Source: Candidatus Krumholzibacteriota bacterium
Lineage (GTDB): Bacteria > Krumholzibacteriota > Krumholzibacteriia > JAJRXK01
Length of the DNA stretch: 64,000 bases
Direction: 5' to 3'
Assembly: GCA_963727455.1 (NCBI GenBank)
Contig: CAVSGG010000012.1
Coordinates: forward strand, 1 to 64,000
Of this stretch, positions 21,994 through 35,717 are shown piece after piece. The first letter of the stretch is position 1, and every line of letters begins with the position of its first letter. Both the position numbers and the translations under genes were made by a program. The notes under the pieces are model-generated. The model saw only the letters and a list, made by a program, of their open reading frames with translations. It searched no databases and was not told the origin of the DNA.

Positions 21994-22881
21994 ATGCTTT
22001 GGAGAATCTCCTTGAAAACGACCCCAGAGGCCGAAGATGCGGTCTCCGAATTGTTCGGGAGCACCTTCGCCCAGCCTGTCTCTTCCTACACTGACGCCGA
22101 GACCCGGGTAACAGTGGTCACAGTCTTTCTTCGGCATAAGGCGGACTGGTCTCGGGCGAGGCGTACAGCGTTGGCACTGGGCCTTGAACGAATCGCTGCG
22201 AGTGGGTTGACCCTCGACCCCGGCAGAGTCTTGTTGAAGCGAATCGCCCGGACGGACTGGGCGGAAGCCTGGAAACGGCATTTTCGGCCGATGGCAATTG
22301 GTTCCGCCCTCCTGCTCAAGCCCGGCTGGAGCCGGCGGCGACCGCGAAAGGGACAGGCCGTGGTCGTGCTCGACCCCGGCCTGAGCTTCGGCACGGGCCG
22401 ACACCCGACCACAGCCTTTTGTCTGCGGCAACTGGTTGCCCGGCGCCGACGGGGCGAGACCCAATCGTGCCTGGACGTCGGCACCGGCTCCGGCATCCTC
22501 GCCATCGCCGCTGCCAAGCTCGGCTATGCCCCGGTGCACGCCTTCGATTCCGACCCCCAGTCGGTCCTCGTTGCCCGTGCCAACGCCCGGCGCAATCACG
22601 TGTTGGCCCAAATACGCTTCCGGCAGCAGGATCTGACCAGACTGCCACGCCGGGCCGAGCGGCAATACTCCCTGATTTGCGCCAACCTGGTGTCGCGCCT
22701 GCTCCTGGACCAGCAGCCGCGGCTTCTGGCCCGATTGCGCATGGATGGTGTGCTGGTGGTTGCCGGCATTCTGACAGCAGAATATGCACAAGTTCAGGAC
22801 ACTTTTTCCCGTGCGGGCCTGCGGTTGCTGACAGGCAGGAGCGAAGGCGAATGGCGTTCGGGCGCCTTTGGCTGGCGGTGA
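21994..22881 (+). CDS. prmA: Ribosomal protein L11 methyltransferase
   Basis: DWAEAWK, LDPGLSFGTGRHPTT, LDVGTGSGILAI. Confidence 0.9.
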   Translation: MLWRISLKTTPEAEDAVSELFGSTFAQPVSSYTDAETRVTVVTVFLRHKADWSRARRTALALGLERIAASGLTLDPGRVLLKRIARTDWAEAWKRHFRPMAIGSALLLKPGWSRRRPRKGQAVVVLDPGLSFGTGRHPTTAFCLRQLVARRRRGETQSCLDVGTGSGILAIAAAKLGYAPVHAFDSDPQSVLVARANARRNHVLAQIRFRQQDLTRLPRRAERQYSLICANLVSRLLLDQQPRLLARLRMDGVLVVAGILTAEYAQVQDTFSRAGLRLLTGRSEGEWRSGAFGWR

Positions 22882-22931
22882 AAGGCGCACTCGCATTTCG
22901 AGAGCAGAATCCCTCCCTCTTTTTTGAATGG

Positions 22932-22945
22932 ATTTCCCGGGAAAT
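22932..22945. promoter_or_regulatory. Perfect 14-bp palindrome, candidate activator site
   Basis: ATTTCCCGGGAAAT, ~75 bp upstream of a sigma54-type motif. Confidence 0.45.
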
Positions 22946-23020
22946 AGTCGTATACTTGATTCGCTTGAAGCGGCAGATGCCAATTTCAATGCACGGCGAA
23001 CCTGACCAAGGAAGGTTCCA

Positions 23021-23036
23021 TGGCATCCTTTATGCA
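23021..23036 (+). promoter_or_regulatory. Candidate sigma54 (-24/-12) promoter
   Basis: TGGCATCCTTTATGCA = GG-N10-GC, close to consensus TGGCACG-N4-TTGCA. Confidence 0.55.
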
Positions 23037-23069
23037 TGGCGGAACTTGAACAAAAAAACAAACCAAGTT

Positions 23070-23234
23070 ATGACCAAATCGTTGGAAGTGATCAGCGAGG
23101 CTATCCGTAATCCTAAACATCCTTTCCGCAAAGTGGACAACCAGCCCAAGAAACCCCTGAAGCACCGCTACGAACGCAGGAAGATCAGGGAATACCTCCA
23201 CCTCGGAGACTGGGTGTCCCGCGAAGCGACCTAA
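23070..23234 (+). CDS. Small basic hypothetical protein (54 aa)
   Basis: MTKSLEVISEAIRNPKHPFRKVDNQPKKPLKHRYERRKIREYLHLGDWVSREAT; A-rich leader before it and a terminator after it. Confidence 0.7.
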   Translation: MTKSLEVISEAIRNPKHPFRKVDNQPKKPLKHRYERRKIREYLHLGDWVSREAT

Positions 23235-23257
23235 GGGCTATTCCCCCTGCAGGTCAG

Positions 23258-23293
23258 AATGAAAAAGCCACGCCCGCGCGTGGCTTTTTCATT
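23258..23293. terminator. Bidirectional intrinsic terminator
   Basis: aatgaaaaagccacgc-ccgc-gcgtggctttttcatt between convergent genes. Confidence 0.85.
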
Positions 23294-23559
23294 TACTTCA
23301 TCAGCAACATCTGCCGCGCGCGTTTGATGGCGCGGTTGAGCCGGCGCTGGTAGTGGGCCGGCAACGCAGTGTACTTCCGGGGGAGAATGCGCCCCTGATC
23401 GGTTACAAACTGCCGCAGCAGGGTGATATTCTTGAAATCGAGGGCGTCCACCGTGAAGTCAATCTTCGGCTTGGGGCGAGGCGTGCGCGCTTCGCCGTAA
23501 GCGGACCGGCCGCGGGCGCCGCGTCGTTCGGGTTTGTCGGGGCGGGTTTTGCGAGGCAT
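23293..23559 (-). CDS. rpsR: 30S ribosomal protein S18 (Cys-free form)
   Basis: DFKNITLLRQFVTDQGRILPRKYT...QRRLNRAIKRAR. Confidence 0.95.
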   Translation of the reverse strand: MPRKTRPDKPERRGARGRSAYGEARTPRPKPKIDFTVDALDFKNITLLRQFVTDQGRILPRKYTALPAHYQRRLNRAIKRARQMLLMK

Positions 23560-23568
23560 AAAACGTGG

Positions 23569-23736
23569 CTACTTGATTTCGCGATGGAGGGTGTGGCGGC
23601 GCAAAGCCGGGTTGTATTTCTTGATCTCCAGCTTCTCGGTCTTCAGCTTCTTATTGCGGGTGGTCGTGTAGCGCGAAGGAGACTTGCCTTCCTTGCGCGC
23701 TTCGGTGCATTCAATGGTGATGATTTCGCGGGGCAT
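23569..23736 (-). CDS. rpmG: 50S ribosomal protein L33 (not in the ORF track, 55 aa)
   Basis: [55 protein letters not shown]. Confidence 0.95.
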   Translation of the reverse strand: MPREIITIECTEARKEGKSPSRYTTTRNKKLKTEKLEIKKYNPALRRHTLHREIK

Positions 23737-23738
23737 TG

Positions 23739-24317
23739 TTATTCCTTCTCTTTGGGCTTCTCTTCCGCCTCTTCTTCCTCAGTTTCCGTTTCAGCCAACC
23801 CCACGGCATCGATCGTGCCGAGCGCGCCCAGACGGCGCTGCCGCAGCGCGCCTTCGCGCTCCAATTGCGCCTGGGCCTGCACGGTAAACCGGGTCCAGGG
23901 GATCGCCTCCAGACGCTTCTGGGGAATCGGCTTGCCCGTAAGTTCACAAACGCCGTAAGTGTTCTTCTCAATGCGCTTGAGCGCCTCCTCGATCTCGTAA
24001 ACGGCATCCTGGTCCGCGGAGAGCAGGCTCAAGGCGAAATCACGGTCGAAATTGTCGGTGCCGGAGTCCGCCATGTGCAGGCTGTAGCCGGGCATCTCCT
24101 GGGCGGATTCTTTGGCCAACCCGTCCATTTGCCGGGTCAATTGCTCGCGCAATTCCAGCAGCCGGTTATAATACTTCGCCCACTGCGCCTTGATCTTCGC
24201 TCTGCCGTCCTTCTTCACCGACAGGATGGGGCGTCCGAGAATGGCGGCGGCGGTGGCCAAGCCATGCGGCCTGGGACGTGGCGTCACCTTCCGGATTTTC
24301 TTCGTCTTCGCACTCAC
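23739..24317 (-). CDS. dksA: DksA/TraR family protein
   Basis: [52 protein letters not shown]. Confidence 0.85.
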   Translation of the reverse strand: MSAKTKKIRKVTPRPRPHGLATAAAILGRPILSVKKDGRAKIKAQWAKYYNRLLELREQLTRQMDGLAKESAQEMPGYSLHMADSGTDNFDRDFALSLLSADQDAVYEIEEALKRIEKNTYGVCELTGKPIPQKRLEAIPWTRFTVQAQAQLEREGALRQRRLGALGTIDAVGLAETETEEEEAEEKPKEKE

Positions 24318-24502
24318 AATTTAAACTGCTCGGTTCTGTACACGGTCATGTTGCTCTTCAAAGCCTCATCAGGAGCGTCGCCACGCCCCTTTGAGAGCGT
24401 GGGAATGTAGCAAAGGGAGGCGGAAGTTCCACAACAATCTTCAAAAAAGTTCTCACCCCGGAAGAGTGCCTCCGGGCTTGCGTTGAGGCTCCCACTGTCT
24501 GA

Positions 24503-25536
<1,034 letters not shown>

Positions 25537-25754
25537 ACCCGCCGGCCGGCGCCGGCTCGCCGCCCACAGCCCGGCGCAACCCGCCAGCCCAAGCAGCGAC
25601 AGCACCGCGCCCGTGCGCAGTTTGTTGTCCTCGTAAACCAGCTCAACCTCGTGCCCAACTGAACATCCGGCAGCCTTGGATCGTCTAAACAGCGGCAAGC
25701 CACGCAGGGACGTGGAGGGCGAAGGGAGGGAGATGCGGGCGGGATGCGCCCGGG

Positions 25755-25820
25755 CACTGCAAGCGAACTGCAAGGGAACTGTAAGGGAACTGCGAGGGAG
25801 CAGCAAGCCAACAGCCTGCC
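25755..25820. repeat. 11-bp tandem array C (at least 6 units)
   Basis: cactgcaagcg aactgcaaggg aactgtaaggg aactgcgaggg agcagcaagcc aacagcctgcc. Confidence 0.85.
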
Positions 25821-25908
25821 AGAGGATGGCTTGGCCCGGGCTGCCTCGCAGGCAGGCGCCCAGTCCGAGGTCTGCATCCTGAATGGGCCGTCAGAGGGCG
25901 CGGCACCG

Positions 25909-27997
<2,089 letters not shown>

Positions 27998-28192
27998 TGT
28001 TCTTTCGTTTTTAGTTCGGTGGATTGCCGGTGGCACGCCGTGAGGCCCATGGCGCACCAACACGTCCAGGCAAACCGCGCCTCTCTTCATTCCGGCAAGC
28101 ATAGCCTGCATCGGCCGTGAAAGCAAAGCGCCGCTTTTTGCATCGTCACCCGGGCGCGGTGGGCTAGCTCCGCCGATGGTATCGGCGAAACC

Positions 28193-29090
28193 ATGGAAGG
28201 CGGAGCGATCATACGCTTGGTGTTGAGCGTAATCGATGTGCGTTTTCGCCGGGTCGCTGGTGACCAGCGTGCAGCACTACATCAGCGCGAAACGAAAGCC
28301 AGCGCCGCGCTGTTCTTTCCCGCTGGCCGCGGCCGCGCTGAGCTGCCTGGCGGCGACGCTGGTCCTGGTGAGCAAACCGTGGCCGACGAGGTTTTCACGC
28401 GCCGGCTGATGACGCTGGTCGGCTGCGCCTACGGCGGATTGTTCCTGGGGATGTGGGTGCAGCAGCTTTCCGGGGTAAGAAGGCCAGACACAACCATCTG
28501 GACGATCGTCGTAGCGTCGTTGAGTTTCCAGGGGGCGGCTCTGGTCCTGATCGCGCTCTTTCTGCGCGAGCACCACATCGGTTGGACGGAGGCTTTTGGC
28601 CTTTCGAATCAGCGGCGGCAGAGCCGTGGTGCTGGGCATGATCGTGGCGCTGATCTTCCTGCCGATGGGCTGGGGCTTGCAGCAGACTTCGGCGCTGGTG
28701 ATGACCCACCTGCCGCACTTCAAGATGCAGCCCGAAGAACAACTGCCCGTCCGCGTGCTGCGCGTCAGCATGTCGTTGGCCGGGCGGGCCACGTTGGGTG
28801 CGGCGGCCATCCTGCTGGCGCCGGTGGCCGAGGAGATCCTGTTCCGCGGAATTCTTTACCCGGCGATCAAGCAGGCCGGGTATCCCGCGGGTGGCCTTGT
28901 GGGGCACCGTGGTGCTATTTGCGGCGGTGCACATGAACATGGTTACGTTTCTGCCGCTGGCGGTCCTGGCGCTGCTGCTGACGGCGCTCTATGAGAGGAC
29001 CAACAACCTGTTGGCGCCCATCACTGCGCACGCACTTTTCAACGCGCTGAATTTCGTGACGCTTGTTCTTCTGCGAGCAGACGTGAGGCA
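28193..29090 (+). CDS. CPBP (Abi/CAAX) intramembrane metalloprotease, frameshifted; start uncertain
   Basis: [25 protein letters not shown], multiple TM segments. Confidence 0.8.
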
Positions 29091-29091
29091 T

Positions 29092-30029
29092 ATGAACGAG
29101 TTTGAACTGATCCACCGCCTGACGCGCTCGCTGCCGACAAACTCGTCTGTGGTGGTCGGCGCGGGCGATGACTGCGCCGTGCTCGATTGCGGGCGCGCCG
29201 GACCGGCTGCTCTTGTTCAAGACCGATGCGGTCGTCGAAGGCGTCCATTTCACCGCGGAGACGCCGCCGGAAAAGATCGGCCATAAGGCGCTGGGCCGGT
29301 GCCTGAGCGACATCGCGGCAATGGCGGGCACACCGACCGCCGCGCTAGTGACCATCGGCCTGCCGCGCGAGCTTCAACGTCGAATCAGTTGAAGCCATTT
29401 ACGCCGGAATGAGCGGCCTGGCGCGCCAACACCAGGTGGCCATTGTCGGTGGCGAAACCACGACCAGTCCCGAGCGCATCTTTATTTCCGTCGCGCTACT
29501 GGGCTGGGTGCCGCGCGGCAAAGGGGTGCTGCGATCCGGGGCGGAAGCCGGCGATGCGATCTTCGTCACCGGCGAGCTGGGTGGTTCGCTGGCCGGCAAG
29601 CATCTCGACTTCGAGCCGCGCCTGGCGGAAGCGCGGTGGCTGGCGCAGCACTTTTCCGTGCATGCCATGCTCGATGTCAGCGACGGGCTGGCCGGCGATC
29701 TGAGCCACATCCTCACACGCCAGTCGCGTGGGTGCGGAGTTGCTGGCGACCTCCATTCCGATAAGCCGCGCGGCGCGTTTGGCCGCCAAAGCCGGCTCCT
29801 CGGCCAAGCCGGCCCTGCTGGCGGCACTGACGGACGGCGAGGATTTTGAGCTGCTATTCACCGTCGCCAGCCGCGACGCCGTGCCGTTGCTGGACGCCTG
29901 GAGAAAGCAGTTTCCCAAACTCGCCGCTCACGTGCATCGGCAAGATCAAGGCCGGCGAGGGCATCACTATCCGCGACAAAACCAGCGTCCGACCGCTGAC
30001 CAGCCCATGGCTACGAGCATTTCGCATAG
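29092..30029 (+). CDS. thiL: Thiamine-monophosphate kinase, frameshifted
   Basis: MNEFELI, GDDCAV, LSDIAAM, DVSDGL, GEDFELLFT, GYEHF. Confidence 0.9.
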
Positions 30030-30478
30030 CCCGGCGGAGACTGCGGCGCTCGGTGAGCAGTGGGGCCGCGATGCGCGGGAGTGGCCTGGTGATCGGCCTG
30101 TCCGGCGATCTGGGCGCCGGCAAGACCCAGTTCGTCAAAGGGCTGGCACGCGGTTTGGGCATTACGGCGCCGGTTCGCTCGCCCACGTTTGCCCTCGTGA
30201 ATATCTATAGCGGCGGACGGCTGACATTGTTCCACCTGGACCTGTACCGACTGGACTCGCCGGAGCAAATCGCCGCCGCCGGGCTGGAAGAATACCTGCA
30301 GCCGAGGGGCGTCACGGTGATCGAATGGGCGGAACGCTGGTTTGGAGAAGTCCACTCCCTGAGTCCGACACACAGAGTGCGCACACTTCCTAACCAGGCG
30401 CTAAACCTGTGTTGCGTTCGGATCGACGTCCTGAGCGAGACCGAGAGGCGTATCACCTATGAAAATTCTGGCGCTTGA
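30007..30478 (+). CDS. tsaE: tRNA t6A biosynthesis ATPase, frameshifted
   Basis: GDLGAGKT, SPTF, HLDLYRL, IEW. Confidence 0.92.
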
Positions 30479-31122
30479 GTTCTCCTCGCCGCAACGCAGC
30501 GCCGCGGTGGTGGACGGCGCTTCGCGTCCGCGCCCGCTCTGCCTGGGTGAAGCCATAGAGACCGGCGGCCGCTCCACGGACGCACTGGGCCTGGTGGAAG
30601 AGGCTTGCGGCAGGCGCGGATCGACCGCGCGCAAATTGATTGCCTGGCCATTGGATTAGGCCCCGGCTCCTACAACGGGATGCGTCTGGCCATTGCTCTG
30701 GCCCAAGGCTGGCAACTGGCGCGCCCCGTGAAGGTCGTGGGAATCAGCAGCGTCAAATGCGTCGCCGCCGAAGCCCAGGGGAAGGGAATCTGCGGGCGCG
30801 TCGAGATCGTCATCGACGCCCAACGCAACGAGGTTTACCTGGCTGGCTATGACGTGAGTGCGGAGTCGCGGAGTGAAGTCGAGCCATTGCGGCTGGCGAC
30901 CGCGGCGGAGGTGCGGGTTAGGCAGCAGGCCGGCGGGATGATCGTGGGGCCGGAAGTGAACACCTGGTTTCCAGGCAGTCGCGTCCTGTTTCCCCGCGCC
31001 GCGACCCTGGGGCAACTGGCCCGGGACGCGCCGAGATCCCCGAGTCCGGCGAGAAGCTTCAGCCGATCTACCTGCGTGAAACCCGGTTTGTCAAGGCGCC
31101 GCCGCCCAGGATCATGGGGTAA
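30459..31122 (+). CDS. tsaB: tRNA t6A biosynthesis protein, frameshifted
   Basis: MKILALEFS, GLGPGSYNGMR, IDAQRNEVY, PIYLR. Confidence 0.9.
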
Positions 31123-31145
31123 TGGAGTGAAGGAGTAATGGGGAA
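31114..31145. repeat. 8-bp tandem repeat related to the one at 19598
   Basis: atggggta atggagtg aaggagta atggggaa. Confidence 0.6.
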
Positions 31146-31193
31146 TATTTGCAGGCTTGAATTTCCCGCGGCGTCAGACAGCCTAGCTGCAGA

Positions 31194-33091
31194 ATGAACG
31201 CCAACTCCCGGTTGCGATTCGGGGCTGCTGCGGCAGCGCTCCTTGTGTCCCTCTTTTTGCCGGCCTTCACCGCGTCCGGCGCGCGACAAGTGGCTTTCTC
31301 CAGCCGCCATGGTGGCTACGCCGGATGGCAGCGCGCTTTACATTGCCTGCGCCACAGGCGAGCGGGTGCTCGTGTTCGATCCGGGCGCGAAGCAGGTGGA
31401 CCAAGTCCATCCCTACACCTGCATCACCCAGTTGGCCTGGCCCTGAGCCCTGGCGGGAGGACACTCCTGGTCACGTGCGCCGGCCCGGAAAGCCAGGTCG
31501 GCATGGTGGACGTGGTGAAGGGGCGCATCGTCGCGAAGCTGCGCGCCGGCCACACGGCGATGTCGCCGGTGGTGTCGCCGACGGCAAGACCCTGTTCGTC
31601 TGCAACCGGTTCAACGATGACATTAGCGTTATTGACCTGGCCACCGAGAAGACGGTTCGGCGTATTCCGGTGCCGGGAACCGGTCGCGGCAGCCATCACG
31701 CCCGATGGGAGGCACTTGCTGGTCGCGAATTATCTACCCCACGGCCGCGCCGATGTGGACCATGTGGGTGCAGTGGTCAGCGTTATTGACACGGCGCTGG
31801 GACAGGTGGTGGATGACTTGTGGCTGCCCAACGGCAGCAGCTCCTTGCAGGACATCCGGATCTCGCCGGCATGGAGGTACGCCGTCGTCACCGACATTCT
31901 CTCGCGCGCTTCCATCTGCCGACGACGCAACTGGAGCGCGGCTGGATGAACACGAACGCCAAGACGATCATTGACCTGGGGCGGATGCAGGTGCTTAACA
32001 CCTTCCTGCTGGACAACATTGACCGTGGCGCGGCCAACCCCTGGGGCGCGGCCTGGAGCGAGGATGGCCGGACGCTCGTGGTGGCGCTCGCCGGGACACA
32101 CGAGCTCAGCGTGACGGATTTTCCGGCGTTGCTGGCCAAGCTGGCCAAGCTGTCACCCGAGCCCACGGCGCCGATCAGCCCAGCGCTGCCCTACAGCAGC
32201 TCCGGCACGCGTGCGCCGTCGGACGTGCCGAATGATCTGTCGTTCCTGGTGGGCGTGCGCGAGCGGCGGCAGTTGCCGGAAGGCGATCTGGGACCGCGCG
32301 CGGTCGTAGTCGTGGGCCGGCGAGCCTACGTGGCGAACTATTTCTCGGACACGCTGACCGTGCTCGAGCTCGACGGCGCGTATCCGAAAGTGGAGTCCAT
32401 CCCGCTTGGGCCGAAGCGGCAGATGACCGCCGCGCGCCGAAGCGAACTCTACTTCAATGACGCGCGGATCTGCTTCCAAGGCTGGCAAAGCTGCGCAAGC
32501 TGCCATCCCGGGGAGGGGCGGGTGGATGGCCTGAACTGGGACTTGCTCAACGACGGCATCGGCAATCCCAAGAACGTCAAGAGCCTGCTGCTGGCATTCA
32601 AGACGCCGCCCGCCATGAGCATCGGCGTGCGCGAAAGCGCCGAGGCGGCCGTGCGCGCGGGCATCCGGCACATTCTCTTCACCGTGCAACCGTCGGAGGT
32701 GGGTGATTCGCTGGATGCCTACCTCAAGTCCCTTAAACCAGTGCCCAGCCCGCATCTGGAGAAGGGCAGGCTCTCGGCGGCAGCCAGGCGTGGGAAGAAA
32801 GTCTTCGGCAGCAAGGAGGCTGGGTGTGCACAATGCCATCCCGGGCCACTGTTTACTGACTTGAAGAGCTACGACGTCGGGACGGTAGGAAGGTTCGACA
32901 AGCCGTCGGACACGTTCGACACGCCAACGCTGATCGAGGTGTGGCGCACAGCACCGTATTTGCATGATGGTTCGGCAGCCACCATGCGGGACGTGCTGAC
33001 CACCGCCAATCCAAGCGACCAGCATGGCAAGACGTCCCAGTTGACGGCGGATGAGATCAACGACCTGATCGAGTATGTGCTGTCGTTGTGA
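31194..33091 (+). CDS. Secreted YVTN/YncE-type beta-propeller + di-haem cytochrome c (CcP/MauG-like) protein, frameshifted
   Basis: Signal peptide; propeller blades (TPDGSALY, DGKTLFVCNRF, AYVANYFSD); CASCH and CAQCH; TPTL..VW.TAPYLHDGS. Confidence 0.8.
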
Positions 33092-33140
33092 TGGGATGCT
33101 GGTTGACCAGCAGAGAAACCAACACGGTGAGATTTGACCT

Positions 33141-34149
33141 ATGAAACAAAGACCGCTTGGCAATTCGGGCCTCTCAGCTTCCATCGTCGGTCTCGGCGCG
33201 TGGGTGCTGGGCGGCGGACAACTCTGGGGGCAAGACACCGACGACGCGGAGTCGGTGCGCACTATCCAGGCGGCGCTGGACCTGGGGATGAACCTCATTG
33301 ACACCGCGCCCGCTTACGGCTGGGGCCGCAGCGAGCGCGTGGTGGGCAAGGCCACTCAAGGGCCGGCGGGACAAGGCCATCCTCGCCACCAAGTGCGGCC
33401 TGTGGTGGGCGGACGCGCGCGGCAGCTTCTTCGCCGATTTCGACGGCAAGAAGATGAACCGCAGCCTCCGGCCCGACACGATCCAGATCGAGATCGAGGA
33501 CAGCCTGCGCCGGCTCGAGGTGGATTGCATTGACCTTTACCAGACGCATTGGCCGTCCATGCCGCCGGATCACACGCCGATCGCTGACACGATGGCGGTG
33601 CTGCTCAAGCTCAAGCAGCAGGGCAAAATCCGCGCCATCGGTGTAAGCAACGTGTCGCTGGACGAGTTGAAGGAGAACATGCGCTGTGGCGGCATCGTGA
33701 GCGACCAATTCCGCTACTCGATGCTGCATCGCGAGGCGGAGAAGGACATCCTGCCGTATTGCGCCGAGCACAGCATCGCCACGCTGACCTACATGTCGCT
33801 GGAGCAGGGTTTGCTGACGGGCAAGATCGGCATGGACCGCGTGTTCCAGCCGACCGAGTTCCGCAGCAACACCTACTGGAACGACTGGCTGATCCCGGCG
33901 AACCGCAAGCCGGGTGCTGGACCTGCTCGCGTAGTGGAAAGCGCTCACGGACAAATACGCCTGCACGCTGTCGCAACTGGTCATCGCCTGGACCGCTGCC
34001 CAGCATGGCGTCACTCACGTCCTGGCCGGCGGACGCAACTGGCGCAAGTGACGGAAAACGCAAAGGCGGGCGAACTGACCATGGAGGCCACAGACCTCGC
34101 GCGCATCCGCCAGGATGTGCTGGCGCTTGGGGAACCGGCAAAGGCGTAA
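33141..34149 (+). CDS. Aldo/keto reductase, frameshifted
   Basis: DTAPAYG, ATKCG, IDLYQTHWP, GKIRAIGVSN. Confidence 0.92.
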
Positions 34150-34162
34150 GGGGCCAAGTGTC

Positions 34163-35410
34163 GTGAACAGACTGTTGACCATTCTCTGCTTATGCGGCCT
34201 TAGCTTCGCTGCAGCGGGAGCGTTTGACCCGGTATCGTGGCAGAAGCGCATTGAGGTGGATTGGGTTTTAGCGGAAGAAGTGGCGTTGGTGGGCTCGGTG
34301 TCCGAGCCGGTCACCACGAAAGCTGACGCTGCGGGGGGCTGCGACGGCATCAAAAATGGCGAATGGGGCTTTCACACCGACCACTGCCAGGAGCCGTGGT
34401 GGCAGGTGGACCTGGGCGAGACGCAGACGATCGGGCGCGTTGTGATCTGGAATCGTCGCGACGGCAGCCGAGCGGGCAGCGCGGATCAGGGTCTTGCTCT
34501 CCGACGACGGCAAGGAGTTCCGGCAGGTCTACCAGCACGACGGGACTGTGTTTCACGGATTCGAGGACAAGAAGCCGCTGGTGGTTGCGCTGAAGAACGC
34601 GCGGGCACGTTACGTGCGGTTGGCCTTGCCCGGGAAGAGCTACCTCCATCTCGACGAGGTCGAAGTCTATCGGCAAAACCGAGCCGAAGAAGAATCTGGC
34701 GCTGAACTGCCCGGCGGACCAGGCGAGCGTCTCGCAATGGTCGGTGGGCCACAACGCGCGTCCTCCGCAGGTGGATTGGGCGCGCGCGCCAAGCAAACGC
34801 TGGCGGTGTGCGAACGGCTGGCCGGTGAAGTGGCGCAGGTTTCGGCGCTTACGAACGCTGTGGCCATTGCCCGGTCTCAAACAGCAACTCGCCCGCCTGG
34901 GCTCAGGCGAGTCCGCGAAACCGCTGCTTTCTCGAGGCCCGCTGGCTGCGAGCGTCGGTTGGCGTTGCGCAATCCGCTGCTCGGCGAGTTCGACACCCTG
35001 CTCTTCACGAAGCGCGTTCCCGGCAGCTTCAATCACATGTCCGACCAGTATTACGGCTGGTGGTCTAAGCCGGGCGGTGGGATATACCTGCTGCGCGGCT
35101 TCACGACGGACCACCGACCGAGCAGTGCCTGACGACCGCGTTCAAGGAGCCGGGCAGCTTCCTGCGCCCGACGCTTTCCTACGACGGCAAGCGAGTCCTG
35201 TTTGCCTGGTGCCGCTACTACGAGCACCTGGCCGCGGAAACCAACAAGCTCGACAAGGCGAACGTGCCCGAGGACGCCTTTTACCACCTGTTCGAGATGA
35301 ACCTTGACGGTTCGGGCCTGAAGCAGCTCACGCACGGCAAGTATGACGATTGCGACGGGCGCTACCTGCCGGACGGGCGGATCGTGTTCCTGTCCACGCG
35401 ACGCGGGCAA
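34163..35410 (+). CDS. Discoidin (F5/8 C) domain + hydrazine synthase alpha (HzsA)-related propeller protein; frameshifted, 3'-truncated at the junction
   Basis: PWWQVDLG..VIWNR; LLFTKR..HMSDQYYGW..PGGG; SYDGKRVLFAW; YHLFEMNLDGSGLKQLT..YDD..YLPDGRIVFLSTR; resemblance stops abruptly. Confidence 0.7.
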
Positions 35411-35420
35411 TCCTTGCCGC
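35400..35420. other. Probable chimeric junction between two unrelated sequences
   Basis: Genes on both strands are cut here; frameshift density and repeat content change abruptly. Confidence 0.75.
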
Positions 35421-35616
35421 CATCGGCACTGGTCCACTCCACACTGCCCTGCGAAGTGGAAGCGCTGTAGATGCCGCCCCCGGCCGAGACTCCGCCGAAG
35501 ACGGTGACGCCGAAAGGAAGCTTGTCCGCGTTTGCGCGCTCCGGCAGGACCAAGACAGCCACCATGACCAGGCTCACAAGGGTCGTCGGACCCATCAGAG
35601 CCGTCAGAGAAATCAT
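35410..35616 (-). CDS. Secreted/outer-membrane protein N-terminal fragment, truncated at the junction; start uncertain
   Basis: MISLTALMGPTTLVSLVMVAVLVLPERANADKLPFGVTVFGGVSAGG..., downstream of slipin on the same strand. Confidence 0.45.
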
Positions 35617-35717
35617 CGCGCGTCCTCTCCCCCGTCTTCTGCAGGCAAGAGCTTCGCTAGGTGTCGTTGCATTCCAATTCACGAACCACCTCCACGGCTC
35701 ACGAAAAGAGCCTTCGA

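Noticed and set aside
20974-23061. 695-aa minus-strand ORF and many similar long overlapping ORFs (e.g. 155..1540, 14824..16173, 44900..46690)
   Set aside because: Shadow ORFs antisense to well-supported genes in high-GC DNA; no recognisable motifs
31194-35410. Genuine anammox hydrazine synthase
   Set aside because: Discoidin fusion, AKR neighbour and genomic context do not fit anammox; only architectural similarity is claimed
35400-35420. Genomic island integration site
   Set aside because: No integrase, tRNA, att repeat or IS end; both sides carry core genes
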